Assembly (NCBI RefSeq): GCF_018350175.1
Contig: NC_058383.1
Location: 19,036,001 to 19,100,000, forward strand
DNA: 64,000 bases
Direction of reading: 5' to 3'
Source: Felis catus
Taxonomy: Eukaryota
Shown here: one piece after another, positions 34,398-48,250 of the stretch
Layout: every line of letters begins with the position of its first letter
Position numbering within the stretch: position 1 is the stretch's first letter
Position numbers and translations under genes: made by a program
Notes under the pieces: generated by a model
What the model was told of the DNA's origin: nothing
Databases searched by the model: none
Seen by the model: only the letters and a program-made list of their open reading frames with translations

Positions 34398-35579
34398 CAG
34401 TGAAATCCTCTTTTAATTCAATACATTTCTGGTCAAAACCTTCCAACCCACAGAATGGAGTTGACCCCTCACAGGTTCCCGGGGACTCCCTTTCCAGGGC
34501 AAGGCATCCTGGGCCACTGGAAGTTGGAGTCACACACTCGGGGTTGAACCTTAGCTCTGACGAAAAGATGTCTCTTGCTTATAAACCTGAGGAAGACAAG
34601 GCAGCACAGAGCAGCGTAGGCAAATGAGCTGTGCACACCCTTTTCCAGCAAGTTCTGTGCCCCTCACCGGCCATCAGAGTGTGGGGCTCGAGCACCCCAT
34701 GCCGAAACCACAGGCCTCGACTTCAGTTTTCTAGAAGCTCATATGGTCTCCTGCATGGTGGGGGAAAGAAGCCCTGGTCCCCAAGGTCAGCGGTCCCCAT
34801 GTTCTCACACTGGGGGCTCCCTCTTACCCCCCCCCCAAAACAGTCTCCCTTTTGACAGTTATCATTCATCACGGCCACAACAGCAAAGTCCTAAGAACGC
34901 TTTTGGGTTGACCTCTCCCAGTTTTGCCACTTCTGTGCCTCAGTTTCCTCATCTGTCAGAGGATTAGAACTGCCCCTACTTCAGAGAGTTGCTTGTGGGT
35001 GTAATGCCTTAGTTAGTACTCAGGAACCCGCTGTCATACTTCCTGGCGCAGAATCAGTATTTTCTATTGTTATATTTATCACCTATATTATTACTGCTAA
35101 CAGCGAGACCTTGACCCAGAAGACTTCTCTGTGATCCTTTGTTACGAGACGGGGCGGGGGGGGGGGGGGGGGAGCGACCCTGACGATGGCATTCAGCAGC
35201 TGCTGAGCCTTGAATGTGAGTCTCCTGTTTTTCCTTTGTGAAAAAGACAAGCGCCCAAGTTCGCTGACCTCTTCTGGGGTGACACGTGACTGTCAGCTCT
35301 TTGTCTCCCCCCCCCAAAAAAAACAATGCACCTAATCTACTCCTTCAAGAGGAAGGTGAGTTTTAAACAATGCCTGAGACTGATTGCTTTTCTGAGAAGA
35401 ACTCAGGTGTTGGGAAGAGAGCATTTTGAAAGCAGATGCTTGAAAATGGTTCCATTGTTCCGAGCTTTTGTTGCCCCAAAGAGATGAAAGTGGGTTTTCT
35501 TTGAGGACTCTTGGAGTCTGCACACTTTAGGAACAGAAAATTCCTACCGAGTCCAAAATCTTTCAAAAGAAAACTTTTA

Positions 35580-35786
35580 GGGGCGCCTGGGTGGCTCAGT
35601 CGGTTGAGCATCCAGCTCTTGATTGAATCAGGTCATGATCTCAGGGTCATGGGATCGAGCCCTGTGTCAGGCTCTGTGCTGACCGTGGAGCCTTAAGATT
35701 CTCTCCCTCTCTCTCTCTTCCTCTGCCCCTCTCCCCTGCTCGTGCTCTCTCTCTGTCTCTTAAAAGAAATAAACTTAAAAAAAAAA
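35580..35786 (+). mobile_element. Can-SINE
   Basis: GGGGCGCCTGGGTGGCTCAG head, CT-rich segment, A tail. Confidence 0.92.
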
Positions 35787-38289
35787 TCTGACCCTCGACT
35801 GACAGCAGTGTTAACCCTCAAAAACAAACAGAAACACAGGCAGTTGCATTGCAAGTAGTAAATAAATAAATACATACATACCTACATAAATAAAAAATAA
35901 AAATAAATAAATAAAAACGTTAAGAATGTTTAAATGAAAGCCAAAAGGCGTGTTAGGCTGTTCATTCATAAAATAGAGACATTTGAAAGTAGTGTTTCGT
36001 CTTTATGCCCTTAAAAATGTTCTAGCTTTTATACATATATGCGTTTACTGCTCACGATGTCTTTGTGCATCGCGATGGAGTTTACAAATGTTGGTACTCA
36101 GTTCCAGGCTCCTGCTCCTAATCGCTTGTGGTGTGCCAGGTCCTCCTCCCCAGGACCCTCCCCTCCCGTGTTTGCTTCTTTGGTGGGTGGGTGGGTGCGT
36201 GGGTGGCGAGGCTCCCTCCCCGGTGACGGAAAGCAAGGTCAGCTGTCCTGCTCTCGGCCCCTAGGGGGCAGCAGAGGGAAGCAAACAACAGCTTCGAAAG
36301 GTCCAACTCAAACGAAAAGAAAAAACACACACACAAAACACGCAAGAAGGGACTGGTCCAGGAGACACCTTAAAAACGCCTGTTTTCTCCCCAGTCTTCC
36401 TGTTGTCCCTCCTCAGGACCGGCGTAAAACAAACCAGCTGCAGACTTTGGGGCTGGAGGAGAACTCCCACTGAGTGCCGAGCACCAGGAGGAGAGTCGTG
36501 AGCCAACGAGGAAGGGCTCATCTGGGGCCGTGGGGCTGCTGCTTGACTCACCTGCGGACGACTGGGGCACAAGCCGCGGATTCCGACCCCTGCCCTGCTC
36601 CTTCCGGAGCTTCAGGTTCTCCCAGCCAATCTAGTAAGAATTCCAGAAGGGTTCACTGATACCCTTTTGGCCAAAGTGCCGGACGTGCAGTTGGTGCTCG
36701 ATAAACGTTCACAGGCTCTGACTCGAGTGACTCCTTTATCACGATTCGTGAATGCTCCGGTCCGCTGAGACCTTCCCTGGCCTGGCCGAGCCGAGGCTGA
36801 TTTGCTAGTCGCCACATCCCTGTGGTTTCTGAGAACACTTTTGAGATGTGCTTTCTTTCCGCCGCGTTCTCTGCAAACGCAGCTGGGTACCAAGTTGAGG
36901 GTTCCTTCTCATGGCTCGGAGCAGGCTTCAGTGTGTGGCGTGGACCTGAGGCATCTCAAGACGCCTCACCTCCCACGACCCCTCCCTCCACCCCCAATCC
37001 CTTGCCAGCCCTCTGAGGAACCTTCCAGACACACGGCCCTGGACACACCGTGCGCCTGCTCCCCAGCCATCGCTGGATCCCCAGTGCTCAGCACGTGCTG
37101 ATGGTCCCTTCCCCCACCCCTGTTTACAGAGGAGAAGACAGAGGCTCTGAGAGACAGGTGTGGCCCAGATTTGGCAGAGACAGAATTAAAATTCAGACCT
37201 TGCACCCTCAATCTGGAACACCGGACTCTCTCCGGCTCCAACTCCCCTCCTTAGCGAGGCCCCTGCTTGCTCCCTCTCCCTTCCGTCCTGTCTCCTTTTT
37301 TCTGCATTTACCACCTATCATCGTCTCTTTCTCAAGAACAGAAGCCCCATGAAGTCATGGACCTGGTCGGTCCTGTTCACCGAACGGCTGGCACAGAGCA
37401 GGGACCCAGTAAATTCTTCCTGAGCAGTTGCTGGGAGAGCTAAGACGGTTTCCAAGACCATGTCGATCTGATAAGGAAGTGGGTTCCTTTCCCCTCTGGA
37501 GAACCCACCCCCGGGGACTTCTTTGCATGGAGCTCCGGGGTCCCTTCGTCCCCTCGGAACACTCGCCCTGAGCGGCAAGCAGCCACTAAGCACCCCAGCA
37601 CCGAGGGTCAGGCGTTCCTGGAAACTCTGGAGTGGTGTCTTTCCCAGGGGAAGAAAGAGGGTATTATGCTTAGATACCTCGAGAATGAATGTTTAAAAAA
37701 CCCCACCGATAATTGTTAATTGACTAATCCCTTGCTATAATTAGGAGGGCCCAGAGGCCAGGGATGCGCTGGTTTCCCAAGCTCTATTTTGAAGGTTTAG
37801 GAACGAGGAAGTGACTTAGGAGGCCCAGAAGCTGACAAATGTCTTTGTATCAGCCGACCCCAAGGAAAAGTGGGGTGCAAAATGCAAGTGGGTCTTGTCC
37901 CTTCCATGCATATTTCTACTTCCTGAAAAGCAGTAAGTTCGTTACGAATAGCAACGTTTTTTTTTGCGGTTCAGCGTATCGAATATAAAAAAGTGCCCCT
38001 GGACAAGTCGATGAGCTTTCATAAGCCAAACATAACCTGTGCGGGCAGCCCCGGAGGGTGTCCCCAGCGTGGCTCCTCCCAGCCACCATGCCACCTCCCA
38101 AGTGGCATAAACATCATCCTGACTTTTAGCACCATGGATCGGTTTTATCAAAAATGATTCGGGCCTTGATTCCGGGTTCTCGGATTCCAATGCCACCCCT
38201 CCCCCCGAGGCAAGACAGGTGTCCCTGAGGATGTAAGGGCCCCAGAGGGATTGTGCCCCCCCCCGTGGCCCCCTGTACAGACACTTTTG

Positions 38290-38500
38290 CCAGTGGTTAC
38301 CAGGCAAAGATACAGACCCAGTCTCATTCGATCTCGCAAGAGCAGCTAGAAGTCTATCTCGATTTGTATACGAAATCTCATGATTATTAAACGTTGGTAA
38401 CTCATGAAAATTGAACACACCGTGGAGGCAAGTCCACGCAGGCCGAACGGAACAGACTTATGGGCCAGACAGGCCCGCAGGCCGTCAGTGCGGGGTCACC
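38290..38500 (-). mobile_element. MER102-like hAT fragment
   Basis: GAAATCTCATGATTATTAAACGTTGGTAACT, GGCCGAAC...TGGGCCAGA resemble the MER102 reverse strand. Confidence 0.5.
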
Positions 38501-39020
38501 TTGAGGGGCCCCCAGGCCTGTCAGGGAGACAGGTGCAGACACGGGCCTCGCAGCTGGGAGGGAGGAAGGCTGGGCCCGGCCAGGGAAGGCTCTGCGGGGA
38601 GTGATGTTTCCACCGCACTTTGAAGGACACCCCAGAAGAGGAGAGCAAGGGCATCCAGCAGAGGGAGGAGGGCAGGCAGACATCTAGAGTCTGGTCTGAC
38701 TGGCCTGCTGGGAACTGCAAAGTGGTTTGGGGCAGTGGCAGGAGCGAGCGGGCAAAGGGGCTGGAGGCTGGAAGGCTCTGGGAGACCTGGGAGGACCTGG
38801 GACAGCCTGTAGACTTTGTCCTGGGGCAGGCAGTGGGGGGAGGGGGTTACTCAGAGGAGGGTAAGCAGAGAGGCTGGGCTGGATGGCTGCGGCGGGGGCA
38901 GGCTGGGGGACAGCAGGGAATCAGGAGGCCTTGACCTACAGCAGTGGCCCAAGAGAGGGCCACCAGGGCCTTGGGCCCACATTTGCGGCCTCCTAAACAA
39001 ATCCCACCTGCACTCGCCCC

Positions 39021-39384
39021 TGACATAGACTCTCCTTGACCAAAGCAGAGTCAGGCTCCTCTGAGCCCGATTCCTAACCAGGCCCTGACCTTGGGCTCTG
39101 TCCTTGGCCCGGTTAGTCCCCTTTTAGCAAGGATCCCACCGGGTCCGCTGAGCAAGAATCCCTCCCCCTTGGAACCCAAATTCCTCATCCCCACCCTGGA
39201 CACCTTCTCCCCCTGACCCCCACCGGCTCCTCGGGCCACGCATCCCCTCTTTTCCTGACTGTGCTCAGAGCTGAGCCCCCCCCCCGTCTCCCCTCAGGCC
39301 AGCCCCCCATTGCTGTGGCCCCTTGAATAAAGAAAGCGTGCCTTACCCTCTTTAAAAAGGGTCAGGACTGAATTTTCTTTAACA
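39021..39384 (+). mobile_element. MER31-like ERV1 solo LTR
   Basis: TG...CA ends; TGACATAGACTCTCCTTGACCAAA...AGTCAGGCTCCTCTGAGCCC start, AGCAAGAATCC, internal AATAAA, TTTCTTTAACA end. Confidence 0.75.
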
Positions 39385-39639
39385 CCTGGCCACAACCAAG
39401 GGGATTTCAACTGTCAATGGCTCTTTGAAAACACCCATTCTCTCCAAGGGGCGGCCTGATGACTTTCCATTCGTTTCTGGAAGGCTGTGCAGGCACACGA
39501 GGTGGCATTACCTCTACCTATTGTCGTTACCTGCACCTCAAGCATAAGGCCCGGGGTGGAATCATCCAGAATTTCTAATCTTCCCCGTGTGGCCCCAGAT
39601 CTGCCTCTCCCAAGCTGTCTCAGCAAATGGCAGCTTTGC

Positions 39640-40340
39640 CTTTCATGCCCTGTGGTTGATCCTTGGACATATCTTGTTGGATCTGCATTGAAAATTGACC
39701 CTGAACCTCCTTGTCACCACCCTGGGCTGAGCCACTGGCGTTACCTTGGCCTGGATTTACTCACTAGCCCCTAGGCGGTCTCTAGGTTTCCACCCTTCTT
39801 AACCTAGCAGCCAGAGAGGTCCTGTTATATCCTAAGTCAGATCACAGCTCCCTTCTGCTCAGAGCTGCTTGAGGCTTCCGCCCTACTTGGGGTAAATGCC
39901 ATCGTCCTCGTAAGGGTCTGTCCAGACCATGATCGCTCACCCTCTCCCCATCACCTCTGCAACCTTGTTTTCTGCTGTTCTCCACTCCCCCCTCCTCACC
40001 ACCCCCCCTCCCCAACTCACTGCTCTCTGAGTTATCACCCTACCTCAGGGCCTTTGCACTGGTGGCTCCCTCTTCCTATAACCTCCTTTCCTGGGATATC
40101 CCCATGGCTTGCTCCCACCCTCCTTCAAGTCTTTGCTCCAATGTCACCTTCCCTGTGGGGTCTCCTTGAAACCCCGATTTAAAAAAATCACAACCTGCTA
40201 CCCTCACTTCTAGCCCCCTCCCTGCTTTCTTTGTCCCCTTGGCTTTTAACACTTTGCGTGCCCTACATCCATAGGTATTAATGTTCACGTTCTCTTCTCT
40301 CCCTGGTTCTGAACATCCAGTGGGTGCTCAAGGAGTGGAT
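39640..40340 (+). mobile_element. L2 3' fragment
   Basis: GCAGCCAGAG...TCAGATCA, CAGGGCCTTTGCACT...GCTCCCTCT, AATGTCACCTTC motifs. Confidence 0.65.
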
Positions 40341-41821
40341 GAGTGTCTTAGATGGAAATTTCAAATCCCTCTGGGCTTCCTCTGGGTATTTCTGAAAACA
40401 GTGTGGTCCCTGAGACATATTTCAGTTGGCATCTGCCGGCTCTGAATGCCCGGGACAGAGTTTCCAGCCTGTAGGTCACCGAGTCCCGGCCACACGCACG
40501 CCAACCGCTGTCACAAGCCTCTCTTGGAGGCACTGATTTTCAAATGCGTACAGATACTCCTGTGATGAATAAATATTGCATGCCTGTTTAAAAGGGACAC
40601 TGAAGTCCTTGCAACTTTTTGGCCATGATGTATTTTCTCCGTCAACCAATACCCTCAACTCCATCCGTATTGCACGGAGATCCTCTTTGTCAAAAACAGC
40701 TGGAAATGCCTCGAAAAGGGATCTCATGAACAAGATCCCTGGAGACCCCTGGCCATGGTTCATAGGAGTTCCTCCTGCCGGGGACATTGCCCACACTTAC
40801 TGTCACCGGCCCCCGGGGGCAGAGTAGCAGCGGCTGACAGGGAGCACAGGTTCACCTACCAGAGAAAGGCAATTCACAATCTGTTAACCTTGAATTCTGC
40901 AAGCCCTGCCACAACAGTTCTCAGCTTGGGCAGAATTCTTGCAATCAACATGCAATTAATTGATGTACACCCTGGGCATCTGGGCCCCATGCACTGCTGG
41001 TGTGAAGGAAGTTCAGGTCATCTTAGAGCAGAGGCGGGGACGGGCGTGCTCACAGTCGGGCAATCCCACTGCACAGGAGATCCCGAAAAGGTTTGTGCCA
41101 ATGTGGCCCACGGGTCTTGGTTCAGATGTTAATCGCAGTGGCTAGCATTTACTGAGCACCTACTACGTGCCAAATGCTTTTTTTTTTTTTTGCATCATCT
41201 CATTACAAGAGCCCCAGAGAGGTGCGACGACTTGTTCAAAGCCCACGGCTGGTCGAGCCCGGGAGCTGCCCGGCCCCACGGTCGGCATTCTTGACCATCC
41301 TGCCCTGACCCCAACCGTCAAGTTCCTGGGTTGGCGGCCTCTGCAGGGCATCCTTAGCTAGCAACTCCAACAACCTCGTGTCTAGACCACCTTGGGTCAT
41401 GCTGCTCAGGATCTCAGGCGGGGATGGCCCGCAGGAGGAAGCCTCACTTGTCATTCACAACACTTCTTTGCCACCGTGCTTGTCCTTCCGTGCCATAATA
41501 GAGAGTCCAGGTGACTCTAGCTTCATCCTGCCGGAGAAGCGCTTCCTGTTGGCTTACACAGTCTAAGGCCCCCTGGGCGGCCCCCAGGGAAAGCACAAGC
41601 CCCAAAGACTCTCCCACCCAGCATTCCTGGTGGGACGCCCCTTCGGATGGGTCCTGGGACTCGAGGTCCGAGCCTGAAGCTTTGGGAAGCGCAGAAAACT
41701 TTGCAGCTCTGACCCTTCGGGGCTCCTTCCTGGGGCTCCCTCCTGCCGGTCCTTGTCCCTCTTGCCGAACCCGGCACGCTCTACCCTTGCCTCCCCAGGG
41801 CAGGGCCTCTCCGGGTCTTGA

Positions 41822-42727
<906 letters not shown>

Positions 42728-45700
42728 TGAGCGGCGGCGCCGGCGGCTCGGCTCCCGGCCCCCCTCCCGGGGCTTGCGCGGCCCCCCGCGGCCCGAGCCC
42801 CAGCCCCGCGCGCTCCCTCCCCGCGGCCGGGCGAGGGTCCCCGCGCTCGGCAGGGCTCGGCTGCACGCCCGGGGGGCGGGGAGCGCGCGGGGGCGGGCCC
42901 GGGGGGCGGGTGGGGGTGGGGGGCGTCCGGGACGCGCCGCCGACCCCGGGGCTCCCCGCGCGGCCGCTGCCCTTTCCGAGCGCGCCGGGCGCCTTTGGGG
43001 ACGTCGCCGCGCCCTGGGGAGGCGCGTCTCCCGGGCACCTAGCGCGGTGGCCGGTCGGCGGGGCGCGCGTTCCCCTGCCAGAAGTCGTCTCCGGGCGCGC
43101 CCCCTCCCCCGCCTTCGTTCGCGGGGCACCGGACGCCCCCTCCCGGCCCGGCCCGCCGCGGGGAGGGCGCACCGACTGCTGCCGTGAGCCCCCCACTCCC
43201 CGCGGATCCCCGGAGCCGGGAGCCGACGGGGTCGTTCTCCCAGACGGGGCTCGGGAAGCACGAGAGTCGGGGGGTGGGGAGGGGGGACGGGAGGAGCCCG
43301 GTGGGTTCCCGGCGGGGAGCCCCCTTGGTGTTCTGGCCCCCCCCTGCCCCCGCCCGGGAGAGGATGCGACGGGAGGGGGGCGAAGCGGCGGGAAAGCGGG
43401 ACGGCCCCGATCAGAACTGGGGGGTGGGGTGGGAGGGGGTGACTTTTCAGAAGGCAGATCAAAGTGCTCCCTTTGCCCCGCACCGCACCTCTTCCCGGGT
43501 CCGCCCGGGGCAGCCAGGTCGGAGGGAGTGCCCCTGAGACCCGCCGTGAGGCTGTGTGTGTGTGTGTGTGTGGGGGGGGGTTGCTGGGCCACACCAGCGG
43601 GTACCTCCCAGACCATGTTGCTCTAAGTCCGGGCATGGGGACCGTCTGGAGTGACTTGACCTCTTTCCCCAAGGTGAAAAGTGTGTGCATGCACAGCCCT
43701 TCCGTGCGGACGGTGTATGTGTGCGCTCAGATGTAGATGGGGTGGGCGACGGCGGAGTTTGCCCCAATCAGCCATTGGCCTGACTGGTTGTCTTAAAGGA
43801 CAGAGAGAAGGTGTCAAATCAGCCCGAAGAGGCTGCTCCCTCCGCCTGGAATCCCCTTCTCCAGTCTCCCCTGCTGGCTGTTTCCCAGTTCTGGGGGGGA
43901 TTTCCTGCCCCTTCCCAGGCAGGGTCTTGTGGGCGGAGGCCTCCCCACCCCCTCTGGAGGCAGGGTCTTCCTGACTGCCTCTCATCACCACCTTTTATCT
44001 CCTTCCCCGCGCTTGGCACAACCTGAAAACGTCCAGAGCCTGCCTCTGGTCACTAGCTGCCCGTCCCCTGTCTCCACAGGATGTCACTGTGAGGGCAGGG
44101 CCTGGGCTGCCTGGTTCACCGTCATCCCCAGCTTCTGGGTGGTGTCCCGGTGCATAGTAGGCCATTAATATGTCTCTGTGGGGTTAACATTGGATGAGAC
44201 CCTGGAAGGGTAAACCAGAGGTTTCCTGGGGGTGCCGCCTGCTCTGCCCTGCCTCCGGGGGTGCCCCGCTGAACTTTTCTGTGACCACCTGCGTGGACCT
44301 AGCCGTTTGCCAGACGCTCGCTGTTTGTTTTGCTTTCCGACAGTCCGACCCTGACCTCTTCCACGGAGGCCTCCTAATGCCTCGTCCTGGGGAACATCTG
44401 CGCCTTTTGGGGTGAACCCCGCTTGTCACCTCGGCCTGCCACCAAGTTTCTCCTTTGTGCAGAAACACAGCCTCCTTGTGCCTTCTCTGTGCACGTACTT
44501 AAAGATACCACGCTGTGTCTCTGGAGTTGTCCGGCCCCCGCCTCCGCGGGGTGTCCTGGCCCTCGGTGGCCGGCTGAGCCTCTTCCCTGAGGTCTCCCCT
44601 GGCCTCTCCCTGAAGGTCACAGCCCCGCCGCTTGTAGTTACTTTCCTGTGTCTTTCATCCAGGGCTTGACACAGGATGTTTAAGCCCGAGCAGCTTTAAA
44701 AATTATTAGTTGAACAACATTTAAAGTCGTGTTAGCTTGCATTTATCGAGCCCTTCAAGTACACCGGGCACTGTGGAAGCTTCTCACCTGTCGGATCTTC
44801 TTGACTCCTTGCCAGCACCTTTTAGGGGGCCCACTTTTCAGATGAGGAATTGGGGGTTCGGAGAGGTTTTTTTTTTTTTTTTGCCCAGGCGCCCCAGCTG
44901 GCGAGGGTGTCTGGATGGCCTTCTCTGGGGCAGAAAGAGATCAGGGCGAAGTGATAAGGGAAGAGAATGATACAGTTGGGGAGTCCGAGACAGGCATCAT
45001 TTGAAGGGGGGGGGCACTCAGCCCAAGACCTTCATCCCCAGTCCTCTGTTTATAAACACATGGGTGGTTCGTTTGTTGGGTCAACAAAACAAACCCACGG
45101 TTTTCTCTTTTCTCTTGATCGCTGTTGGCTAGAGATCTCCCCTCCCAGAAAATCACCATTTTCCTCCCCGAGAGCTCAGAAAATAGTTATCAGCCTGTCA
45201 GCGCCACCGGTGAGAAATTTGGGAGGTCTGAGCCCACTTGGATGGTTTCCCTGGCTGATCCCACCGTGCCCAAATCCCGCCTCTCCACCTCTGTGGTCTT
45301 GAAAGGATGTCAGGAAGTACCTGGCCTCAAACTTTTGTTGCTATGACAACCTTTCTTCTGCGTTCGGTGACCATTTTTTAATTTGCTTTTTGCTCGCAAA
45401 GGAAGAAAGCGTCCAAAAGCCCCCCCAACAAAATCCTGCCCCCCTCTCCCCCCACCCCCGAGGCATCGCCTTGAGGACTGTCTTCCTTCCCTCCTGCCCC
45501 AAACTATGGGGAAGGCCTTCTTTCCTTCCCAGCATTTTTACGTTTCCCCCAGTGAAAACACCGACCACAAAACCCTGACCTCTCCATGAGAGGCAGCTGC
45601 GAATTGCTCCTTCGTCTCCAGCGCCTGTTTGGTCATTTCTTTCTGTGCCCAGAAAAGCCTCTCCCCACTCTGGGCAGCCACAGGGAAATCTAATAAGCCC

Positions 45701-48021
45701 TTTTACCCACATGAAAAAAAAAATCCACCGCGTTCACAAAGAAGACTGCAGCCTGTCCTAAACAGACACAATTTCACCAGACTGGGCACAAAGAAAGCTT
45801 TTCTCCGTCCAAGAAGGAGCATCGACCTCCTTCAACAAACAGAAAGGGAGCGTGGCCTTGACACAGAATTACCCCGAGCCCTTCACGCCAATTGGTTTTC
45901 TCCTCTGGAATCGATGCTCAGAAGGGCTGGGTGGTTGCCGTTGGAGGCGTTCTGGGGGGTGGGGGCAGCGGAGTAAAGGCCTGGAAAAGCAATAGTGACT
46001 AGGGGAAGGGAGATGGGCTGGCGGGGGTGTGGTTGTGCCAGCAGGGAGAGCACAGGTGAGGCTGGACTTCGTCAGGCCCGTGCTTGAACCTGAGGAAGTA
46101 GGTGACTCAGAAGACCAATGGGGCGGCTGGCCAGGATGCCTGGAGGGAGGTGGGCCTGAGGCAGCCAGACAGAGGGAGGGACAGGAGGAGGATGCTGTTG
46201 TTCGCCTCTAGACCCACTCTGTCCCCTGGGATGGGTGGACAAATGCCCATTCTCTTTTGTGAAAGATGGAAGTTTCTCGAGTTTCCCGTTGGCAGTGTGG
46301 TTTGGGCAAGAGCCTCAGTTTGCTGCCCTGCAGACTGGGGATCCGGGCAGGTAGCGCTTGTTGGAGGCAGGGGTGTTCGGTGAAATAGTGCGGGGGGAGG
46401 TGCTGTGTGAGTGCCCCTTGCCACCTTCGAGTGCCGTCACCCCGTCTGAGCCCCCGCGTCTCTCCCGTGGACTTCTGCAGCCGTCGCCCTGCGTCCCCCG
46501 TTGACCCCCCTCGGCCCTCAGTCTGCTCTCCCCCCAGCCCCAGAGTAACCGCCAGATCCTCACCCACCTTTGTGCGGCCCCCTCCGGCGGCCCCAACTCT
46601 CAGAGTCAAAGCCACGTCCTCCCGTGGCCCCTCCCCGGCCGTGCTACTTCTCTGGGTTCTTCCCCTGCTCCGCACCCCCAATCGTGGTCACACCCGCCCT
46701 CAAAACCAGGCACACTCAGACCCTTTGCGCTGGTCCTTCCCTCTGCCTGAAATGCTTGTCCCTAGATGGCCGCAAGACTAGTTCTGGAAACTTCTTCAAG
46801 TCAGTGCTGAGCTCGCTCTGAGCCCCCGGTGCAAAATCCATCTCCCCCACCCGTTTCCTGCTTGAGTTTTCCTCTAGTCCTCGCCACCGACTCCTCCTCA
46901 GTGGTGCCCACCAGCTCCAAGAAGTTGGCGGTTGAGTTTCTCAGCATCGTTCACCGCGGGTCCCTTAGTGCTCAGAACACTGGCAGGTGCTCAGCAAACA
47001 TTTGTGGGGTGAATGGTGGCGGTTGTTACGGCTGCTGCCCTTTCTTCGGCTCTAAGTGTCTTACCCTGCAGTGAGTCAGGGGGCCAACTGGAGACCCCTT
47101 CCCTTTCACTGAGGTGCCCACGACACGCAGCGCCCCCTGCCCCAGTGCGTGTGGGGTGAGGCCATTCTTACTCAGGAGGAGAAAGCCCTTAGCTGACCTT
47201 CTACGCCTTTCTTGCTTCCCCTTTTCTACAGAAACCCCAGCCTTTCTGCCTGCTCCCTTCAATTATGTCACTGCCTCCTTCATGAGTATGAGCGCAGATA
47301 TGATGCCCCCCAAGAGTGGGCTTCCAGTGCTGGGAGTGCATTGGAGTAACAGGTGGATGGGCTTTGTGTTAGGACCGTCTGGTGGGCGAAGATACGGACT
47401 TTGAAAGGTCCCATAGACCAGTGTCATTTCCTTGCATTTCCATAACAGCTCGATGACAGCCTAGTGCCAGGGTTACACCTATTTTCTGGGGCACAGAGAG
47501 ATGAGGTGACTTGCTCAAGGTCACGCAGCTACCAGGTGGCAGAGCTGGGATGTGCACCCAGCCAGAAGGTTCTAGAACCTGGCTCTCGCCCAGAAAGCAT
47601 TGCCCGGGGAGTCATAAGCCCCAGGTTTGAGTCCAGACCCGGAGGTCACTCCAGTGCTGAGTGACCTTGGATAAGTCACACTCCCTCACTCTCTGGTCTT
47701 TTCTCCCCTCGTGCGTGAGATGACGGGTTTTTTGTGTGTTTTTGTTTTCTTCTTGTTTGGTCTGGCTGGTAACGTCCATCAAGGGCAACAGAACACCTCT
47801 TGATGACAGGCTTCGGGGACAGACAGTCCGGGCTCCAGCCCCCGCACCATGACTCGCCTGCTACGTGGCCTTGGTTAGGGGTTCGCCTTCGTTGGGCCTC
47901 CGTTTCCTTGGCTGGGACACAGGGATTATAATAGCTGCCTCACTCTAGCCCTGCTGGAGTTGAAGCCGATAACGCGGGCCCAGCAAGCACTCCATAACCA
48001 CGCTGGCTGTGATCGACCCCG

Positions 48022-48250
48022 TGGCAGAGGCTGCCGACCCATGGCCCGCGGGTCCCATCTGAACTGTCCATCTGTTTTGTTTGGCCCTGCAGTGTTTACA
48101 GTCTCTGAATGAGTGGCCAACGTTTGAAAATTGAGACGCTTCACAGAAACATCTGGATTTATGGCTTTTCCTCAAAAGCCTGGCACGTCTGTGAACACCG
48201 GGCCCGAGGGTCCTACAGCAGTGGGAGCTGCCCCTTCCGGCAGGGGGGGC
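48022..48250 (+). mobile_element. MER102-like hAT fragment
   Basis: TGTTTTGTTTGGCCC...CCAACGTTTGAAAATTGAGA...CTGGATTT. Confidence 0.55.
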
